The notes beneath the pieces were generated by a model. It was not told the DNA's origin. It ran no database searches and worked only from the letters and a program-made list of their open reading frames with translations. Below, piece by piece: positions 10,457-26,372 of a stretch of DNA of 64,000 nt. Each line of letters begins with the position of its first letter. The first letter of the stretch is position 1. A program made the translations under genes and the position numbers. This DNA comes from Candidatus Hadarchaeum sp. (lineage in GTDB: Archaea; Hadarchaeota; Hadarchaeia; Hadarchaeales; Hadarchaeaceae). The stretch spans positions 74,731-138,730 of the forward strand of contig NZ_JAVZIN010000002.1 of NCBI RefSeq assembly GCF_038871235.1, given 5' to 3'.

Positions 10457-11221
10457 TTGGAAGAGGATTTTGAGTCCATTCTATCCAAACTCGATCGAAA
10501 AAAGATTGAGCGACTGGAAAAAGACTCAGAAATATACAAGATAATGGCCCGTGTCTTTGACACGTCGACCTTGCTCACCCTTTACCGCCTCATCAATCGT
10601 GGAGTCTTCGATGTCTTTTATGGGAACATCTCCGCTGGAAAGGAGGCAAACATTTACTGCGCGCTGGATAAAAATGGAAACTACGTAGCCGCCAAGATCT
10701 ACCGTATTGCAACATCGGATTTCAAAAACATGCACCGCTATTTGGTAGGAGACACCCGTTTCAAGCGCGTTCCTGAGGACCGCCGTGGGATAATCTACAC
10801 TTGGACCTCCCGGGAGTTCAAAAACTTGCAGCAGGCCTACGCTGCTGGAGTTCCTGTCCCCCGACCAATTGACCATGAAAAAAACGTGCTAGCAATGGAA
10901 TTTATCGGTGAAGATGGGGTCCCCTATCCGCTCTTGAAAGACGTGAAACCAAAAAACCCAAAAAAAACTTTCGAGATATTGGTTGATTCGGTGAAAAAAC
11001 TTTATCAAGAGGCGGAAATCGTCCACTCTGATCTTAGCGAATACAATGTTATGTTAACGCCCGACCCTGTTCTGATAGATTTTTCCATGGGCACCGATAT
11101 TAAAAACCCCATGGCCGAGCAGCTGCTGATGCGCGACATCCAAAACTTGGTCAGATATTTTAGAAAGCTCGGCATGAAAACTCCCGAGCCATCCGGCATC
11201 TTTGCTGAAATTGTTAAATGA
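10457..11221 (+). CDS. rio1: RIO1 family Ser/Thr kinase
   Basis: ISAGKEANIY, AAKIYR, VHSDLSEYN, IDFS. Confidence 0.95.
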   Translation: MEEDFESILSKLDRKKIERLEKDSEIYKIMARVFDTSTLLTLYRLINRGVFDVFYGNISAGKEANIYCALDKNGNYVAAKIYRIATSDFKNMHRYLVGDTRFKRVPEDRRGIIYTWTSREFKNLQQAYAAGVPVPRPIDHEKNVLAMEFIGEDGVPYPLLKDVKPKNPKKTFEILVDSVKKLYQEAEIVHSDLSEYNVMLTPDPVLIDFSMGTDIKNPMAEQLLMRDIQNLVRYFRKLGMKTPEPSGIFAEIVK

Positions 11222-11233
11222 ATGTGTTTTCGA

Positions 11234-11542
11234 TCAGGTTTTTAGCTCTATAGCTATAGAGACTTCCTCAGGCACCTGAACCCTCATGATCTGACGCAAG
11301 GCACGCTCATCAGCTTGCATGTCAATCAATCGTTTGTGGATCCGGAGTTCCCACCGGTCCCAAGTAATGGTCCCCTCACCGTCCGGTGCTTTTTTGGTTG
11401 GAATCACTATTCTACGTGTGGGTAATGGTACTGGACCTGAGATTTTAACGCCGACCCTCTCAGCTATACCCAATATCTGCTTGCACACTTCCTCCAGCTT
11501 CTTAGGATCCACGCTGGCCAGCCTTATGCGTGCCTTCTGCAA
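11234..11542 (-). CDS. rps10: 30S ribosomal protein uS10
   Basis: [30 protein letters not shown]. Confidence 0.97.
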   Translation of the reverse strand: MQKARIRLASVDPKKLEEVCKQILGIAERVGVKISGPVPLPTRRIVIPTKKAPDGEGTITWDRWELRIHKRLIDMQADERALRQIMRVQVPEEVSIAIELKT

Positions 11543-11590
11543 ACTGACCCCTCTACCCTAAAAGACGCAGGAGCCTATAAAAGATTTGGT

Positions 11591-12853
11591 CTACTTGGCT
11601 TTCACCAGATCCACACATACGCCCGCTGCAATTGTCATACCCATGTCACGAATAGCAAAGCGGCTGAGCTGCGGTATTTCGGAAGCCTTCTCCAGCACCA
11701 TCGGTTTTGTCGGTACCACCTTAATCGTGGCCATGTCTCCTTTCTTTATGAACTCTGGCTTTTCTTGAACGACCGCGCCTGTCTTGGGATCTATTTTTTG
11801 AGTAATCTCAGTAATGGTGCAGGCAACTTGAGCCGTGTGCGCGTGAAAGACTGGTGTGTAGCCAGCGGCTATCGCTGTTGGGTGTTGCAACACCGCAATT
11901 CTCGCGGTGAACTCCTTGACCACTGTTGGTGGTGATTTGGTGTGTCCGGCCACATCTCCCCGTTTAATCGCTGTCTTTTCAATACCACGAACGTTAAAAC
12001 CTATGTTATCTCCTGGCTCTGCCTGGGGAATTGACTCATGGTGCATCTCAATCGATTTCACTTCACCGCTTACTCCTGCGGGCTCGAAAACGATGGTATC
12101 CCCGACCTTCATCACTCCGGTCTCCACTCTTCCCACAGGGACCGTGCCCACGCCAGTTATCGAATAAACATCCTGTACAGGGATCCTGAGCGGTTTCTCG
12201 ATTGGCTTGGGGGGAACCACGAAGGTGTCAAGCGCTTCATAGAAAACCGGTCCGGTATACCACTTCATATTTTCGCTGCGTTTAACCACATTTTCCCCAT
12301 GGAAGGATGCTGTGGGAACGAAGACGAACTTTTCAGGGTTTCTGTAGCCAACCGTTCTCAGCAGCTCTATTATCTCGGCCTTTAACTTGTTGTAAACTTC
12401 CTCCTTATAGTTCACCAAGTCCATTTTGTTTATAACCACTACGAGCTGCCCGACACCAAGAGTAAAAGCAAGTGCCGCATGCTCACGGGTCTGCGGCATA
12501 ATCCCATCATCAGCGGCCACAACCAGCACTGCCGCGTCGGCTTGGCTCGCGCCCGTGATCATGTTTTTGACGAAGTCGCGGTGGCCCGGGGCGTCGATTA
12601 TGGTAAAGTAGTATTTGTCCGTCTCAAACTTCTTGTGCGCGAGGTCGATAGTCAACCCTCTCTCACGTTCTTCCTTAAGGGCATCCAACACCCAAGCGAA
12701 CTTGAACGTCTTACCCTTGTCACCCATCGCTTCAAATTTTTTTATGTCCTCTTCCCTAACCAAGCCTTTATCAAAAAACAATCTGCCAAGCGTCGTTGAC
12801 TTGCCGTGGTCAACATGCCCTATTGTTATCAGATTCAAATGCGGTTTCGCCAT
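11591..12853 (-). CDS. tuf: Elongation factor 1-alpha
   Basis: [37 protein letters not shown]. Confidence 0.98.
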   Translation of the reverse strand: MAKPHLNLITIGHVDHGKSTTLGRLFFDKGLVREEDIKKFEAMGDKGKTFKFAWVLDALKEERERGLTIDLAHKKFETDKYYFTIIDAPGHRDFVKNMITGASQADAAVLVVAADDGIMPQTREHAALAFTLGVGQLVVVINKMDLVNYKEEVYNKLKAEIIELLRTVGYRNPEKFVFVPTASFHGENVVKRSENMKWYTGPVFYEALDTFVVPPKPIEKPLRIPVQDVYSITGVGTVPVGRVETGVMKVGDTIVFEPAGVSGEVKSIEMHHESIPQAEPGDNIGFNVRGIEKTAIKRGDVAGHTKSPPTVVKEFTARIAVLQHPTAIAAGYTPVFHAHTAQVACTITEITQKIDPKTGAVVQEKPEFIKKGDMATIKVVPTKPMVLEKASEIPQLSRFAIRDMGMTIAAGVCVDLVKAK

Positions 12854-12907
12854 ATTATAACCTCCTTTAACTATTTCCTTTTAACCTATTTATTTAATAA
12901 GCTTTAC

Positions 12908-13513
12908 TCACCTCGCGCCCTTGGCGATCCTCTCCATCTCCTCCTTTCTGGCCACGGCAAAACTCTTAGTATCATTGTTGGCTGCGAGTATCAACTCCTC
13001 AGCCAAACAGTCGACTATGTTCTTTTTCCCAGTAAAGGCTGCGGCGAAAGCCCCTGCAGCCAAATTTTTCAGGGCAATGTCCAGCCTCCTTTGTGGGGAA
13101 GAATCTACCGCAATATAATAGGTAATGCCTCCATAGCTGATACGTGTGGTCTCCTCTCGTGGAGCTGCATTCTGAATGGCATCAACCAAGACCTGCACGG
13201 GATTCTTATTGGTCCTCTGCGCAATTATCTTAAAGGCATCTCGAACAATGTTGTAGGCCTTATGTTTTTTGCCTGTCGCCCCAGCTCCCCGTATGGTCCT
13301 GCCACCAAGCTTCCGGGCCCCAGGACCAGATCTCATTATCTTGTTGATCAAACGTTCTACAACTGAAACGTTAGCTTTTCCAAACTGCTTGCTGGCGTGC
13401 CTCCCCCCAGTGTGAAGAACGAAAGGAGCTTCCAAACGTAGATATTGCTTTATTCCCGGATCCTTAACCTCAATATTTTCGATGTCCCATTCTCCGAAAT
13501 ATTTGAAGCCCAA
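12908..13513 (-). CDS. rps7: 30S ribosomal protein uS7
   Basis: VVERLINK, NAAPREETTRI, VDSSPQRRLD. Confidence 0.97.
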   Translation of the reverse strand: MGFKYFGEWDIENIEVKDPGIKQYLRLEAPFVLHTGGRHASKQFGKANVSVVERLINKIMRSGPGARKLGGRTIRGAGATGKKHKAYNIVRDAFKIIAQRTNKNPVQVLVDAIQNAAPREETTRISYGGITYYIAVDSSPQRRLDIALKNLAAGAFAAAFTGKKNIVDCLAEELILAANNDTKSFAVARKEEMERIAKGAR

Positions 13514-13517
13514 AAGA

Positions 13518-13952
13518 TCACCTAGTTGGTTTTTCCTTGCGTCCTTTAACTAGCTCTTTGAGAGAAATTCCATTTACCTTAACGACCTTATAACGAACCC
13601 CCGGAATATCACCGTAGGCTCCCCCCTTAGCCCCACCTATCCCTTCGACAATGACCTCATCATGCTCATCGATAAAACCAATAGCGCCGTCTCCGGGTGC
13701 AAAGGCGGTTATCTGTCTGCCATTTTTAATCAGCTGGACCCTAACACATTTCCTGATGGCTGAGTTGGGCTGTTTGGCCTCAATTCCAACTTTCTCCAAG
13801 ACGATGCCCCTGGCTTGGGGAGCTCCCTCTAACGGGTCGGCTTTTTCATCTAACTTCAGCACGCGACGTTTATACTGAGCACTCTTCCACCTAAAATGCT
13901 GCCTAGTGTCACGCAGCTTCCTTGCCGCAAACTCCCCTCTGGGCGCTTTCAT
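13518..13952 (-). CDS. rps12: 30S ribosomal protein uS12
   Basis: [27 protein letters not shown]. Confidence 0.98.
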   Translation of the reverse strand: MKAPRGEFAARKLRDTRQHFRWKSAQYKRRVLKLDEKADPLEGAPQARGIVLEKVGIEAKQPNSAIRKCVRVQLIKNGRQITAFAPGDGAIGFIDEHDEVIVEGIGGAKGGAYGDIPGVRYKVVKVNGISLKELVKGRKEKPTR

Positions 13953-13995
13953 ATTTCATCACTTATATCAGTAGTTAGTGTTGAGGTTTTATAAA

Positions 13996-14420
13996 TCATA
14001 TAAGTATTACGTCGCTGATGCCGTGATGTCTTTCAGCAAGTTTTTTCGCTATTTGAATTTTTTTGCCACCGCGTCCTACGGCTAACCCTTTATCCTGCAA
14101 CTCCACACTGACCAAAGCTACTTTCTTTTCCCCTTTCTCTACTATCTTAACGCTCTGTACTCTCGCCGGCAATAACGCGTTTTTCAAGAACTCCACCGGA
14201 TCTTCCGAGTACTCGATCACTTCAATGCCCCTCCCAATCAAACGTCTTGCCCTTTTAACTTTGTCTCCGCCTCGCCCAACTGCCATTCCAAAATCTCCTT
14301 TATTAACGACAAACGTCACGTTTCCGCCGAAATCGTTTATGATGCAATCGCGCACCCGTGCCCCGGTCAAGCCTTCAAAACTTGCTATGTAGCGCATCTC
14401 CTCCGCTGTGAATTTTATGG

Positions 14421-14424
<4 letters not shown>
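13996..14424 (-). CDS. nusA: Archaeal NusA (KH domains)
   Basis: AVGRGG twice, IEYSED; position between eL30 and uS12. Confidence 0.95.
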
Positions 14425-18523
<4,099 letters not shown>

Positions 18524-18532
18524 CTTGATCAC

Positions 18533-21500
18533 CTAGGCTCTGTCCCTCAGCCTTATTCTCGGCGACATACAGAGGGATTTCAGTTCGTCCATCATGAGCT
18601 TGAATGCATACGATATCTGAACTCCGTAAATCTCCGAATCCTCGTCACAGAGGGGGCAATAGGCCCTGTCGCTGCGACGATCGTATACGGCGAATGATCC
18701 ACATTTTCCGCAGATTAATCCCGTATACCTGTCAGATGCATCGAGAAGACGTTCATTAAGTAACATCGCTGCTCCGTGGCCGATCAAACAATCCCGCTCC
18801 ATCTCACCAAAGCGCAACCCACCTTCCCTCGCCCTGCCCTCAGTGGGTTGATGGGTTAACACCTGAACTGGACCTCGCGAACGCGCGTGAATCTTATCTG
18901 CGACCATGTGGTGGAGCTTCTGATAGTAACAGACCCCAACAAAAATATCGACCGGTATCATCTCACCAGTGATTCCATTGTACAGGACTTCCTTGCCTGT
19001 GTGTTTGAAGCCAAAGGACTTCATCGCTTCCCGGATTTCTTTTTCAGACATCCCGGAAAAGGCCGTTCCATCTATTCTTCGCCCCATACATGCTCCGACC
19101 TTGCCAGCAATCATTTCAAGAAGCTGCCCCACCGACATACGAGAAGGAATAGCATGTGGATTAATTATGATATCGGGAGTTATTCCATCCTCGGTGAAGG
19201 GCATATCGGCTCCAGCCATGGTAATCCCGATGACTCCCTTCTGACCGTGCCTTGACGCTAGCTTGTCACCAATTTCTGGTATCCTGAGATCCCTGACTCG
19301 GACTCTGACAAACTTATTGCCCTCTGAGGTCATGCTCACCAGCACCAGATCAACAATTCCCTCTTCGCTGGGTCTTACTCTGATGGAGCTTTCTCGACGG
19401 CCGTGTTCAACCGCCAGCCCGAACTCATCTATTTCCTCCAAAAATCTAGGCGGACTGGTGCGCCCGATCAAAACATCCTCGCCTCTGACTACTGACTCAA
19501 CCTCAGTTATACCGTCTTCACCCAAATTTCGGTAGAGGCTCGCGTCCGCATAGCCCCTAATCTCCTCGCTTGGTATCTCAAATTTGTCCTCCTGACCACC
19601 CGGATATCGCGCCTCCTCAGCCTCATATATCCGATAAAAGGTTGTCCGCCCCATCCCGCGATCAATGGAAGCGCTATTAACTATTAGCGCGTCCTCCATG
19701 TTGTAGCCGCCGTAAGTGGCTATGGCAACAACAAGATTCTGCCCTGCCGGCCTCCGGTCAAAACCGACGGCATCCATGACTCTGGTCTTAACCAAGGGGA
19801 CCTGCGGGTAGTGCAAGAAATGACCGCGTGTGTCCACCCGTTTATGTATGGAGGTCGTTGTCAGTCCCAGCGCCTGTTTGGCCATGTTAGCACCATAGGT
19901 ATTCCGCGGCGATTGGTTGTGTTCTGCGTAGGGAACCAGCGCCGCACTTATGCCAAGTATCGCCAACGGATGCAATTCAAGATGGGTGTGCTCAGGCGTC
20001 AACTGATTCTCATAGACCGCGATGTAAACGTTTTCTTCTTCCTCGGCATCAAGGTACTCTACAATGCCTGCTTGGACCAGATCCCGCCAAGTCATTTTAC
20101 CTTCTTTAACCATCTCTATGACTTCCGGTGTTAGCTTGGATTTCCCTCCTTCCACTACAACAACGGGCCGACGCACCCTCCCCGCGTCGGTATTAATCCT
20201 GACCTCATTAGTATCCTCCCTGAAAGCCACATTAACCTGTTCATCCAAGTTCCCTTGCCGGCGATGTCGCTTCAGCTCATCAACGAGAGTTTTACCGTTT
20301 TCAGTTGTGCCGACCAATCTGCCGTTTATATAAACAGCCGCCTTTCCCTTCCTCTCGCTACCTTTAGTTATTCTATTTACACCCAACTTGAAGACCAGAC
20401 GCTCCACCTTACTTTCATCGGTGCCCGTTGAAATCTCTGCCATTAGCGCGAGGTTTTTAACCAATCCGCAGTTTGGCCCTTCTGGCGTTTCACAGGGGCA
20501 GATCCTCCCCCAATGGGTTGGATGCAGATCACGGGCCTCAAAGTGAGGCTGGCTCCTGCTCAGAGGAGAAACCACGCGCCTGAGGTGGGATATCGCCGCA
20601 ATGTAGTTAGTTCTATCCAGAAGCTGACTGACCCCGGTTCTCCCCCCCGGCCAGTTGCCAGTGGCCAAAGCATGTCTTATTCTCTCAGTCAGAACATCCG
20701 CACGGGCGGCAGTTCTGAGGTTCATCTCACGGCCCCTGGCGTAGGCCCGCTCCAATTGATACTTTATATCCCTGGTCAGGTTGAGAAACGCCAGTCTGAA
20801 GACATTTTCTAACAGGTCGCCGGCAAGCTTCAACCTTTTATTTCCATAGTGGTCCTTATCATCCACGTCCCTTCGACCCAGCGCCAGTTCGATAACCTGC
20901 TCGGCCATGCTGCCCAAGTAGTAGCCCTTAGCTATTCGATCCTCGGGCCTCGAGCCTATGTGCGGCAACAGGTACTTGTCAAGAACTTCCTGAGCCCGTT
21001 GCAATCGATACTCCCGGGTTTGTCCAATAGCAACCCTTTTGCCAATGATGTCCAGAGCATCCTCTTTAGTCTTTACATCAATCGCTTCCTGTAGGTTTTC
21101 AAAAAGTTCCCTGATAATCTCGGGATCCTCGGAAACAGCGCTGACAATTTCCTTGTCGCTCTCAATCCCGAGGGCGCGCATGATTACTACTAGCGGGACT
21201 TGACCAGGTACTGCGGGAAATGCCACGCGCAGGAGGCCGTCACGCTTTCTCTCGACCACCACCAAAGACCGGAAGCCACGGTGTGTGGAAAAAACCTTGG
21301 CGACTTCTGTGCCCATATGCTCGTCACGTTCAACTAAAATTGCATTTGAAGCTAGATCTTCCTGAGTGACGATAACGCGCTCTGAGCCATTAATGATGAA
21401 ATAACCACCGGGATCCAAGGGATCCTCGCCGACGCTTATGAGCTGCTGCTCATCCAGTCCGTAAAGCCTGCAAATTTTTGACTTCAGCATCACAGGCAGC

Positions 21501-21835
21501 TCACCGATATAGACCTCCTCCGGAGCTTGCTCCCTTCCATTTTTAACCAGCTTCATCTCAAGTTTGATGGGGGCAGTATAGCTCAGATTTCTCAGTCTTG
21601 CCTCGCTAGGGAACATGGGGGGGCGGGAACCGTCAGTTTCCTTTGTGGACGGCGGATCGAGATGTATTTTACCAAACTTTACCTTCACTCCCTCGATGTC
21701 AAGATCTATGCCGCCTATCTCATCAATAACCTGTTGCAATCCACGATCAATAAAATCGTTATAGGAATCTAGATGTTGTCTGACCAATCCTTTTTCTTTG
21801 AAAAATGCTTCAACAAGCGGCCAAGTGTCCTGCAA
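18533..21835 (-). CDS. rpoB: RNA polymerase subunit Rpo2 (B), unsplit
   Basis: [33 protein letters not shown] in a single 1100-aa ORF. Confidence 0.98.
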   Translation of the reverse strand: MQDTWPLVEAFFKEKGLVRQHLDSYNDFIDRGLQQVIDEIGGIDLDIEGVKVKFGKIHLDPPSTKETDGSRPPMFPSEARLRNLSYTAPIKLEMKLVKNGREQAPEEVYIGELPVMLKSKICRLYGLDEQQLISVGEDPLDPGGYFIINGSERVIVTQEDLASNAILVERDEHMGTEVAKVFSTHRGFRSLVVVERKRDGLLRVAFPAVPGQVPLVVIMRALGIESDKEIVSAVSEDPEIIRELFENLQEAIDVKTKEDALDIIGKRVAIGQTREYRLQRAQEVLDKYLLPHIGSRPEDRIAKGYYLGSMAEQVIELALGRRDVDDKDHYGNKRLKLAGDLLENVFRLAFLNLTRDIKYQLERAYARGREMNLRTAARADVLTERIRHALATGNWPGGRTGVSQLLDRTNYIAAISHLRRVVSPLSRSQPHFEARDLHPTHWGRICPCETPEGPNCGLVKNLALMAEISTGTDESKVERLVFKLGVNRITKGSERKGKAAVYINGRLVGTTENGKTLVDELKRHRRQGNLDEQVNVAFREDTNEVRINTDAGRVRRPVVVVEGGKSKLTPEVIEMVKEGKMTWRDLVQAGIVEYLDAEEEENVYIAVYENQLTPEHTHLELHPLAILGISAALVPYAEHNQSPRNTYGANMAKQALGLTTTSIHKRVDTRGHFLHYPQVPLVKTRVMDAVGFDRRPAGQNLVVAIATYGGYNMEDALIVNSASIDRGMGRTTFYRIYEAEEARYPGGQEDKFEIPSEEIRGYADASLYRNLGEDGITEVESVVRGEDVLIGRTSPPRFLEEIDEFGLAVEHGRRESSIRVRPSEEGIVDLVLVSMTSEGNKFVRVRVRDLRIPEIGDKLASRHGQKGVIGITMAGADMPFTEDGITPDIIINPHAIPSRMSVGQLLEMIAGKVGACMGRRIDGTAFSGMSEKEIREAMKSFGFKHTGKEVLYNGITGEMIPVDIFVGVCYYQKLHHMVADKIHARSRGPVQVLTHQPTEGRAREGGLRFGEMERDCLIGHGAAMLLNERLLDASDRYTGLICGKCGSFAVYDRRSDRAYCPLCDEDSEIYGVQISYAFKLMMDELKSLCMSPRIRLRDRA

Positions 21836-21843
21836 CCAATCAC

Positions 21844-22086
21844 CTATCCCTCGACCACATACCTATACGCAACCGCCTTTCCAGCAGTTGGGCTATTTCT
21901 AATAATCTTGATCACATCCCCTGGCTTACCACCTATCTCCCTTACCGCCGGGTCTGAACTTTTTATTAGAGGTAGTTGATGAAGGGTTATCTTGTAACGA
22001 TCGAGTAACTCTTCTACTTTATCCTTGGGCAGAATTTCATGCTTTGGCACCAGCACGTGCCTTCCAACTTGGAACTCTTCCGGCAT
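21844..22086 (-). CDS. rpoH: RNA polymerase subunit Rpo5 (H)
   Basis: [25 protein letters not shown]...YRYV. Confidence 0.96.
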   Translation of the reverse strand: MPEEFQVGRHVLVPKHEILPKDKVEELLDRYKITLHQLPLIKSSDPAVREIGGKPGDVIKIIRNSPTAGKAVAYRYVVEG

Positions 22087-22110
22087 TTTTTCACCAACCG
22101 CATTCACAGG

Positions 22111-22185
22111 CGGGCCCGGAGGGATTCGAACCCTCGACTGCCGGCTTAAAAGGCCGGTACGCTAACCAGACTGCGCTACGGGCCC
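22111..22185 (-). tRNA. tRNA-Lys(UUU)
   Basis: GGGCCCG acceptor stem, CCGGC-CT TTT AA-GCCGG anticodon arm, GAGGG-TTCGAAT-CCCTC T arm; CCA not encoded. Confidence 0.95.
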
Positions 22186-22229
22186 CAGAAAGCGGTTAGA
22201 ATCCTATTTATCCATTTCGCCATTAAAGT

Positions 22230-22952
22230 TCATCTCATTTCCTTTTTAAGGTTTTCGAGTCTCGGTTCGGATCCCAACCTTTCACTCCCAACTGCTTTTT
22301 TGACACTCCTTCTGAGAAGCCTGATGTTTCTAGCTATTTCACCTTTACCGTAAACCGAATACCCCGCTACCAAGATGTTCGCCCCAGCCTCAACAACCAG
22401 AGGAACGTTCTCCTCATTCAGACCACCATCAACCTCTATTTCAGTACCCAAGCCGTGGCTCTCCACCATCTCCTTGGCTTTTCTTATCTTGGGCAGTATG
22501 GAAGGAAGAAACCTCTGGCCCCCGAACCCTGGATTGACCGACATGATCAATATAAAATCGAGTTCATCCAAGACAAACTCAACCATGTTTAAAGGTGTGG
22601 CAGGATTAAGTGCCACCCCGGCCTTAGCACCCAAGTCCTTAACATGATGAATGGTGCGCTGTAGATGAACGCATGTCTCAGCGTGCACCGATAGCATGTT
22701 CGCCCCGGCCTCAACGAAGGCCTCCAAAAAATTATCTGGTTTTTCAATCATGAGATGAACATCGAAGGGTAACTTGGTCATTTCTCTCAGCTTTTTGACC
22801 ACCGGCGGCCCGAAAGTAATGTTCGGCACGAAATGTCCGTCCATTATATCCCAGTGGATGAGATCTGCTCCTGCCTTCTCCGTCTTTTTTATCTCCGAAC
22901 CCAGCTGGCTGAAGTCAGCTGAGAGCAAGGAGGGGGCAATTTTTATCTTCAT
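22230..22952 (-). CDS. rpe: Ribulose-phosphate 3-epimerase
   Basis: IAPSLLSADF, H.D.MDGHFVPN, DVHLM, MSVNPGFGGQ, EVDGG. Confidence 0.97.
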   Translation of the reverse strand: MKIKIAPSLLSADFSQLGSEIKKTEKAGADLIHWDIMDGHFVPNITFGPPVVKKLREMTKLPFDVHLMIEKPDNFLEAFVEAGANMLSVHAETCVHLQRTIHHVKDLGAKAGVALNPATPLNMVEFVLDELDFILIMSVNPGFGGQRFLPSILPKIRKAKEMVESHGLGTEIEVDGGLNEENVPLVVEAGANILVAGYSVYGKGEIARNIRLLRRSVKKAVGSERLGSEPRLENLKKEMR

Positions 22953-23917
22953 CTGCCTTTCCTCTCCAAGACTTTTTCTGCAGCTTTAACTATATCAGAA
23001 CTTGTCAGCCCATATTTGGCAAAAAGTTCTCTCCATGATCCCGACTCAGCATAGGTGTCATTTATGCCCACCCTGACCATAGGCACGGGATTCTCCTCAA
23101 CAAGAACCTCAGCTACAGCACCGCCTAACCCGCCGAGGACATTGTGCTCCTCCGCTGTTACGATGGCAGCGGTACTCGATGCTGCACGCAAGATCGCCTC
23201 TTTATCAAGTGGTTTAATAGTGTGAAAGTTTATGACCTCGGCTTGGATGCCCCTTTTCGCCAATTCCTGCGCCGCCAGCAAAGACTCAGCAACCATAACT
23301 CCAGTGGCGATGATAGTGACGTCTTTTCCCTCCCTCAGCGTGATGCTCTTGCCTATTTCAAACTTCAGCTCCTCGCCTTGGAATCTGTAACCCTCCGCAT
23401 AAATCAAGGGGGTTTTGGGACGGCTCAATCTCATGTAAACAGGGCCAAATTTCTCAGCTATGGCTCTGGTAGCAGCTCTTGTCTCGGCCGCGTCCGCGGG
23501 AATAATAACCGTTACATTAGGCAAAGCCCGCATAACGGCTATGTCTTCTATACAGAAGTGAGATGATCCATCCTCGCCCACACTTATGCCGCCATGCGTA
23601 GTTACTAGCTTAACGTTCAAGTTTGGATATGCCACCGATTGCTTGAACTGATTCAGTCCTTTCTCCACACCGAAGACAGAAAAAGTGCTAGCAAAGGCAA
23701 TCTTGCCCGCTGAGGCCAATCCTGCCGCCATGGAAATTAAGTTCGCCTCAGCCACGCCCACATCAAAAAATCTCTCCGGAAATTCTTGGGCAAATAGGAT
23801 CGTCCTTGTGGAAGGTGAGAGATCTGCGTCCAAAACCACTATATTTTTGTTCACTCGGCCTAGCTCAACAAGAGTTTCACCGTACGCATCTCGAGTTCCT
23901 GCCAACTTTTCAAACAT
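22949..23917 (-). CDS. tktB: Transketolase, C-terminal subunit
   Basis: GVAEAN, GEDGSSH, EEHNVLGGLG. Confidence 0.92.
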   Translation of the reverse strand: MFEKLAGTRDAYGETLVELGRVNKNIVVLDADLSPSTRTILFAQEFPERFFDVGVAEANLISMAAGLASAGKIAFASTFSVFGVEKGLNQFKQSVAYPNLNVKLVTTHGGISVGEDGSSHFCIEDIAVMRALPNVTVIIPADAAETRAATRAIAEKFGPVYMRLSRPKTPLIYAEGYRFQGEELKFEIGKSITLREGKDVTIIATGVMVAESLLAAQELAKRGIQAEVINFHTIKPLDKEAILRAASSTAAIVTAEEHNVLGGLGGAVAEVLVEENPVPMVRVGINDTYAESGSWRELFAKYGLTSSDIVKAAEKVLERKGR

Positions 23918-24776
23918 ACAATTCCTCCAGCGCCTTGGTCAGCTCCGCCTCGCTCAGCGGAGTGCCATGATACTTACAATCACCAGCAAGGAATGATTTT
24001 TCCAACATTGGGACCCCCTTGCCCTTTACCGTGTAGGCTATGATAACGGTTGGCTTTCCTCTTACCAGCTCCGCCTCATCCAAGGCATCCAAAATCTGCT
24101 TTATGTCGTGGCCATTAATCTTGATGACGTGCCAACCAAAAGCAACCCACTTCTCAGCAATCGGTTCAAGGCTCATTATTCTCTCGGTACATCCGCTGAG
24201 TTGCTGACGATTATAATCAACTATTGCGGTCAGATTATCTATTTTGTAGTGTGAGGCCGACATCGCTGCCTCCCAGACCTGTCCTTCATCCAGTTCCCCA
24301 TCGCCCAACAAAACGAAGACCCGGCTCGATTTTTTATCCAACCTGAAAGCCAAGGCCATTCCGATACCTATCGACAGACCCTGCCCCAGTGTCCCGGTAG
24401 AAGCGTCCACGCCAGGGGTCTTTCTCATGTCCGGATGCCCTTGCAGGATGCTGCCAATCTTTCTCAGCTTCCAAAGCTCCTCAACAGGAAAAAAACCTGC
24501 CATGGCTAAGGCTGCATAAAGGGCTGGAGCCGCATGTCCCTTGGATAGAATGAATCTGTCTCGTTCCTCCCAATCTGGCCTTTGGGGATCATACCGCAAC
24601 TGATGAAAATAGATGGCGGAAAGGATGTCAGCGCAAGAGAGAGAGCCTCCGGGGTGCCCCGAACCAGACTTTGTGGTCATTATCAGAGAATGTCTCCTGA
24701 TTATCAGCGCTATTTCGGAAAGCCTCTTTATCAGTTCTGAGTCATGTGGAGCCATCTTTTTGTTAAACGGTGCCAT
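23910..24776 (-). CDS. tktA: Transketolase, N-terminal subunit
   Basis: SGHPGGSLS, RDRFILSKGH, LQGHP, GDGELDEG TPP motif. Confidence 0.93.
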   Translation of the reverse strand: MAPFNKKMAPHDSELIKRLSEIALIIRRHSLIMTTKSGSGHPGGSLSCADILSAIYFHQLRYDPQRPDWEERDRFILSKGHAAPALYAALAMAGFFPVEELWKLRKIGSILQGHPDMRKTPGVDASTGTLGQGLSIGIGMALAFRLDKKSSRVFVLLGDGELDEGQVWEAAMSASHYKIDNLTAIVDYNRQQLSGCTERIMSLEPIAEKWVAFGWHVIKINGHDIKQILDALDEAELVRGKPTVIIAYTVKGKGVPMLEKSFLAGDCKYHGTPLSEAELTKALEELYV

Positions 24777-25008
24777 TTTATAGCCACGCCCATCTCTGAT
24801 TGTTCAAGACTAATTTCGCCTTTAATTTAACATTTTTGGTGTAAAACAACAATTTTGACGATATGATCTAACTACTGTCGCCTGTTGCTTTTCCTTAAAA
24901 TATCATCTGGACAAAGCGAATAATTTGGCGTTCTCAAAAATTTAGGCTCATCCAAAAACAACACAAAAGTCATTTTAATTCGTTAATTGATTAGTAGATG
25001 GATTCGGT

Positions 25009-25926
25009 ATGAAGATATTTATTGATACTGCGAAACTATGCGAAATTAAAGAAGCCATCTCGTGGGGAATAATCGATGGTGTCACGACTAATCCCAGCTT
25101 GATCTGGGAAGCTGTGGAGGAAGAAAAGGAAAAAGGAAGGGATATCGATCTTACCAGCTACATTGAAGAAATCTGCCGCACTGCTGGAGAAGAAAGGCCC
25201 GTTAGTCTTGAGGTGATAAGCCAAGAGGCCGACAGGATGGTGAAAGAAGCCAAGTTCCTATATCAGAAATTTAATCCCATTGCTAACAATGTCGTTGTGA
25301 AAATTCCAATCACCACCTACACTGAAGAAAAGGGCGCCGACTACGAGGGGCTAATCGCCATCAACAAGTTGGAAAAAGAAGGCATCCCCACCAATGTCAC
25401 TTTAGTCATGACGCCTGAACAAGCACTTTTGGCGGCGAAGGCGGGAGCCACCTATGTTAGTCCCTTCGCTGGAAGAATCGATGACCATATCAGAAAAAAT
25501 CTAGGTATCAAATTTAACAAGAATGACTACTTTGACTCTGAGCTGATACAAGAGATCTTTAGGTGTAGATTGGGTGAACAATTGAAAATGACCACCGAAG
25601 AAAAAATTTCCGACCTTTACCATGACAGCAGGATAAAACATCTGCGGGGCAATGGAAATGATCACGGAATAACGAGTGGTGTTGAATGCGTTAGAAAAAT
25701 TGTGCACATGTTTAAAAAATATAACATGCCTACAAAGATTATCGCCGCCAGCGTCAGAAACGCAAGACAGGTGCGAGAACTGGCCGAAACTGGGTGTGAC
25801 ATTTGCACGGCACCGATTTCGGTCATCAGGGAGATGCTAAGACATCCAAAAACTGAAGAAGGCGTTAAGCGGTTTTATTCCGACGCCGTTAACGCGGGAT
25901 ATGCCGAGCTGTTCAAATCGCTATGA
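25009..25926 (+). CDS. tal: Transaldolase (TalC/FSA-type) with insertions
   Basis: IFIDTA, GVTTNPSL, SLEV, VVKIP Schiff-base Lys, YVSPFAGR, IIAASVR. Confidence 0.92.
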   Translation: MKIFIDTAKLCEIKEAISWGIIDGVTTNPSLIWEAVEEEKEKGRDIDLTSYIEEICRTAGEERPVSLEVISQEADRMVKEAKFLYQKFNPIANNVVVKIPITTYTEEKGADYEGLIAINKLEKEGIPTNVTLVMTPEQALLAAKAGATYVSPFAGRIDDHIRKNLGIKFNKNDYFDSELIQEIFRCRLGEQLKMTTEEKISDLYHDSRIKHLRGNGNDHGITSGVECVRKIVHMFKKYNMPTKIIAASVRNARQVRELAETGCDICTAPISVIREMLRHPKTEEGVKRFYSDAVNAGYAELFKSL

Positions 25927-25982
25927 AAACTTCTGGTATTTTTGGTACTGGCTAGCAACTCGTTAACCGTATTGAACCCAGT

Positions 25983-26372
25983 TTACACGCGCCGTCCGCG
26001 GCGTCCTCCTTTCTTACGACAGCCATCATGGGGGACCGGTGTGGCATCCTCTATGCGGCCTATCTTGAGTCCGGCTCTGGCGAGGGCCCTGATCGCTGCC
26101 TGCGCCCCTGGTCCTGGGCTTTTTGGACCGCTGCCCCCAGGCGCTCGAACCTTAATGTGAACTCCAACGAACCCTTTCTCCATAGCTTCCTCTGCTGCAC
26201 GAGTCGCCGCTTGCATGGCGGCATAAGGTGAAGATTCTTCCCTATCAGCCTTCACTATCATGCCACCAGAGTACCTAGCAACCGTTTCAGCTCCAGTCAA
26301 ATCAGTTATGTGAATTATTGTGTTGTTAAAAGAGGAGTAGATGTGGGCTATGCCCCATTTTCCTTCCGTCAA
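25983..26372 (-). CDS. rps11: 30S ribosomal protein uS11
   Basis: [34 protein letters not shown]. Confidence 0.98.
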   Translation of the reverse strand: MTEGKWGIAHIYSSFNNTIIHITDLTGAETVARYSGGMIVKADREESSPYAAMQAATRAAEEAMEKGFVGVHIKVRAPGGSGPKSPGPGAQAAIRALARAGLKIGRIEDATPVPHDGCRKKGGRRGRRV

